NCBI GenBank assembly: GCA_010909165.1
Contig: MU008229.1
Location: forward strand, 1 to 64,000
Reading direction: 5' to 3'
Length of the DNA stretch: 64,000 nucleotides
Source of the DNA: Anthoceros angustus
Taxonomy: Eukaryota > Plantae > Anthocerotophyta
Below the pieces are notes generated by a model that saw only the letters and a program-made list of their open reading frames with translations, did no database searches and was not told the origin of the DNA. The translations under genes were made by a program, and so were the position numbers. Positions within the stretch are counted from its first letter, which is position 1. Each line of letters opens with the position of its first letter. Below, piece after piece: positions 61,637-64,000 of this stretch.

Positions 61637-63097
61637 TCAGAGATTCCATCTCGGTACGAGAAACCCGTAGAACTTGGTGGCCAGTAGATGCGGGGCCTCA
61701 TCATTCAGAAGCAGGTGCCATAAATTCTTCACAATGCTGAATCCGAGTAGCAATGTTCTTGAAGGAGGATCAGAGACGCGGATGGTGAGGAAGATCATGT
61801 CACCTTCAGCAGAGGCATATTCCAACCATCTGGAGGAATGAGTAGCCAAGCTGCCTTGGGTTGCAAGCACTTCTGCAGGCGGGACAGAAACGAGTATCCA
61901 TTGCATGCTGTTGAGTTCAAGCCTCCAAATCCCGTAGCTGGCATCTTCTCCAGAGCGGAAGGGCCCCACGTAGAAGACCATTCCCCTGCACTCTACCAGG
62001 AAGTAATGTTTGGGACTGTAAGCCGCAGGTGGCCACTCATCAGGCACGATGGCCCTGTGCCACACAGATGTGCCTTCCTCAATGTTGTGCACCAGGAGCA
62101 CACCCTCCTGCCCCCCGTCGTAGCGGTACAGCACACCATTGCTTACAACATCGGCAAACTTATGAGCAGATAGCCTGGGCCGGATGTTATCAGGAGGACG
62201 CTCTCCTTGAAAGGTCTTCCAAGCATGTGTCACAGAGGAGAAGACGCATATGATCCAGGGATTATACATGGGACAGGAATTCACCCTGTCGTAGATGACA
62301 ACCACTTTGAAACTGGCATTGGAGGCCTTGTCCACCTCCACCTTGATCATCCCGAAAGGATCCGGCCTGATGCCTATCTGCGGCAACCGCACACAAGTCC
62401 TGGTGAAGGGGTTCACAACATACAGCTCGCAGCTGCTGTCCGGCAGCCTGTTGGTGGACAGCACCAGCTCACACACTCGGATGAGTATCAACCCATCTTG
62501 TGACACCACCGTGCGCTCGTACCCAACTTTCTTCAACGAATGTGTGTCATACAGGGACCTCATACCCACACTCTTGCTGGAGAGCACACTGTGGAACCGG
62601 GATGGGATGAAATTTAGATTGAGCTTGTATTGCGGGTACCGAGACAAGCTGGATGCAGGGATCGGACCCCGCTGCAGGGAGGGGCTGAAGCAGAAAACAC
62701 AGATCATCGGTGGAGACGGAGGCAATATGGAGGCCTGGAACTGGAATTGGGCAGAGGAGAGAAAGGACCGCCACTGCTTGCACACTGCTCGGAACCGGAA
62801 CTGGGTTGTCGGTGGCAAGGCCAGCAGCACTCTCCCCACAAGCTCCTCTGGCAGCTTGCTCCACACTGTTTCGTCCATATCACCAGCCCGTCTTGTTGCG
62901 GTGCCTGAAAACCTTCCTTGCACCACGTACAGTTCCAGACTGAGTTCTGATTGCTCCATTTTCCCACAAACAAAATTTGGGAACAGAGCCCTTCTTGCGG
63001 AGGCAACTCTTCGCAGTAGGGCGGCTGTCTGCGCAGCGTGATCTCCAGCTCGAAGGCGACGGCTCAATTCGGTGGATGCCTCTTGCCGTCCATTCAT
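61637..63097 (-). CDS. Intronless F-box protein (start may be ATG 62959)
   Basis: WSKLPEELVGRVLLALPPTTQFRFRAVCKQW, LYVVNPFTRTCVRLP. Confidence 0.88.
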   Translation of the reverse strand: MNGRQEASTELSRRLRAGDHAAQTAALLRRVASARRALFPNFVCGKMEQSELSLELYVVQGRFSGTATRRAGDMDETVWSKLPEELVGRVLLALPPTTQFRFRAVCKQWRSFLSSAQFQFQASILPPSPPMICVFCFSPSLQRGPIPASSLSRYPQYKLNLNFIPSRFHSVLSSKSVGMRSLYDTHSLKKVGYERTVVSQDGLILIRVCELVLSTNRLPDSSCELYVVNPFTRTCVRLPQIGIRPDPFGMIKVEVDKASNASFKVVVIYDRVNSCPMYNPWIICVFSSVTHAWKTFQGERPPDNIRPRLSAHKFADVVSNGVLYRYDGGQEGVLLVHNIEEGTSVWHRAIVPDEWPPAAYSPKHYFLVECRGMVFYVGPFRSGEDASYGIWRLELNSMQWILVSVPPAEVLATQGSLATHSSRWLEYASAEGDMIFLTIRVSDPPSRTLLLGFSIVKNLWHLLLNDEAPHLLATKFYGFLVPRWNL

Positions 63098-63361
63098 ACC
63101 CCGTCAACGAAGAAGGAAATATGTTTTGATTTTCAATCATTGACTGACCCTTCAACGCCAAACGCAATCGCTTTTATTTCGTTTGGACCTTTGACTCGAA
63201 AACTTCGTGAGACAAAGTGGCAAGGAGTAATGTATTAGTTTATTAGAAAAAAACGATGAAAAAAACCCATGCCGCATGGGACAACCAAAGTGGACCTCAG
63301 TCAGGGTGACAAGGAGCAATTAAAATTTTCATCTAAAATTATTTACTATTTCTAGAACATC

Positions 63362-64000
63362 CTATGCAAGAAGAACAAATGGCCTGCAAATTATGGAGGA
63401 AGAGGAAGAATCGTCACCTGCCATCGCCGCCTTGTGAAAGATTGTCGTCGAGACGGCTCTTTGAAGGGCAATGGAGACTCGATGTCTGAAGTAAGCTATG
63501 AAATAAGAAAGGGACAACCCCGCGCCATGCCTGTGGGCGCAGTACGATTTGACACAAGTCTTGAGAAATTTATTGAAGTCCGCAGCCATTACCCCATACG
63601 TTTCGAGTGCGAGTAGAATAAAGAAGTGACCCGCTTGCATCCCGTTGTACTTCCTGACCTTGAGAGCCGCAGCTCCGGCGGCAACCCAGTTAGGACGGTC
63701 AGTGATAACCTGAGCGACGATGGTGTTTCGAGCAGTGTCAGTAACCACCACGTCCGCCACCGAGACCTGGTCGCCGTGGGCAAAGTACAAGTCAGCCCTG
63801 ATTGAGCGACTTGTTTGAAGAGGCTACCCTCACTCCCTCCAGGCCATGTAGCAGCGTTCGCGAGCAATAGCAAACATGACATCGCAGATAGCATCGTGGG
63901 TAGCAATGAAATGACCCCCATGCATGGGGACAACGAGCAAGGTCAACCCTAGAATCATCGAGGGCAGAGGCGCACTCGCAGGTAAGGAGGGAAGATGTCA
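63362..64000 (-). mobile_element. 3' end of a CRE-like non-LTR retrotransposon (zinc knuckle and restriction-like endonuclease); continues beyond the window
   Basis: GGHFIATHDAICDV, then RADLYFAHGDQVSVADVVV...KVRKY...FILLALETYG...RVSIALQR, fitting the RxD...D...K..KY REL pattern. Confidence 0.8.

Overview
Gene-dense plant nuclear DNA with short introns, most likely a hornwort or another seed-free plant. That is inferred from an enkurin (flagellar) gene and a GRP-ending DYW:KP-type PPR gene. Recognisable genes are enkurin, TFIIIA, DPM2, a nucleoside hydrolase, NFD6-like, a large low-complexity DUF688-like protein, YJU2/CCDC94, MBD8-like, a truncated DCP5-like, OPA3-like, three intronless F-box genes and a PLS-PPR-DYW:KP gene. 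They are interleaved with a nested transposon cluster (CCCTA-ended CACTA-like element with a 3-bp TSD, Ty1/copia pol, CRE-like non-LTR pieces) and several minisatellites. Many genes carry 1-bp frameshifts, often in base runs, which look like long-read assembly errors, so pseudogene status cannot be judged here. The most unusual item is the PPR gene at 54163-56884: two OSB-type PDF motifs fused N-terminally to a putative U-to-C RNA editing factor. Other leads are a possible DPM2-TFIIIA bicistron and a TFIIIA that lacks room for the P5SM cassette exon. All family assignments come from recalled motifs; no database search was run.
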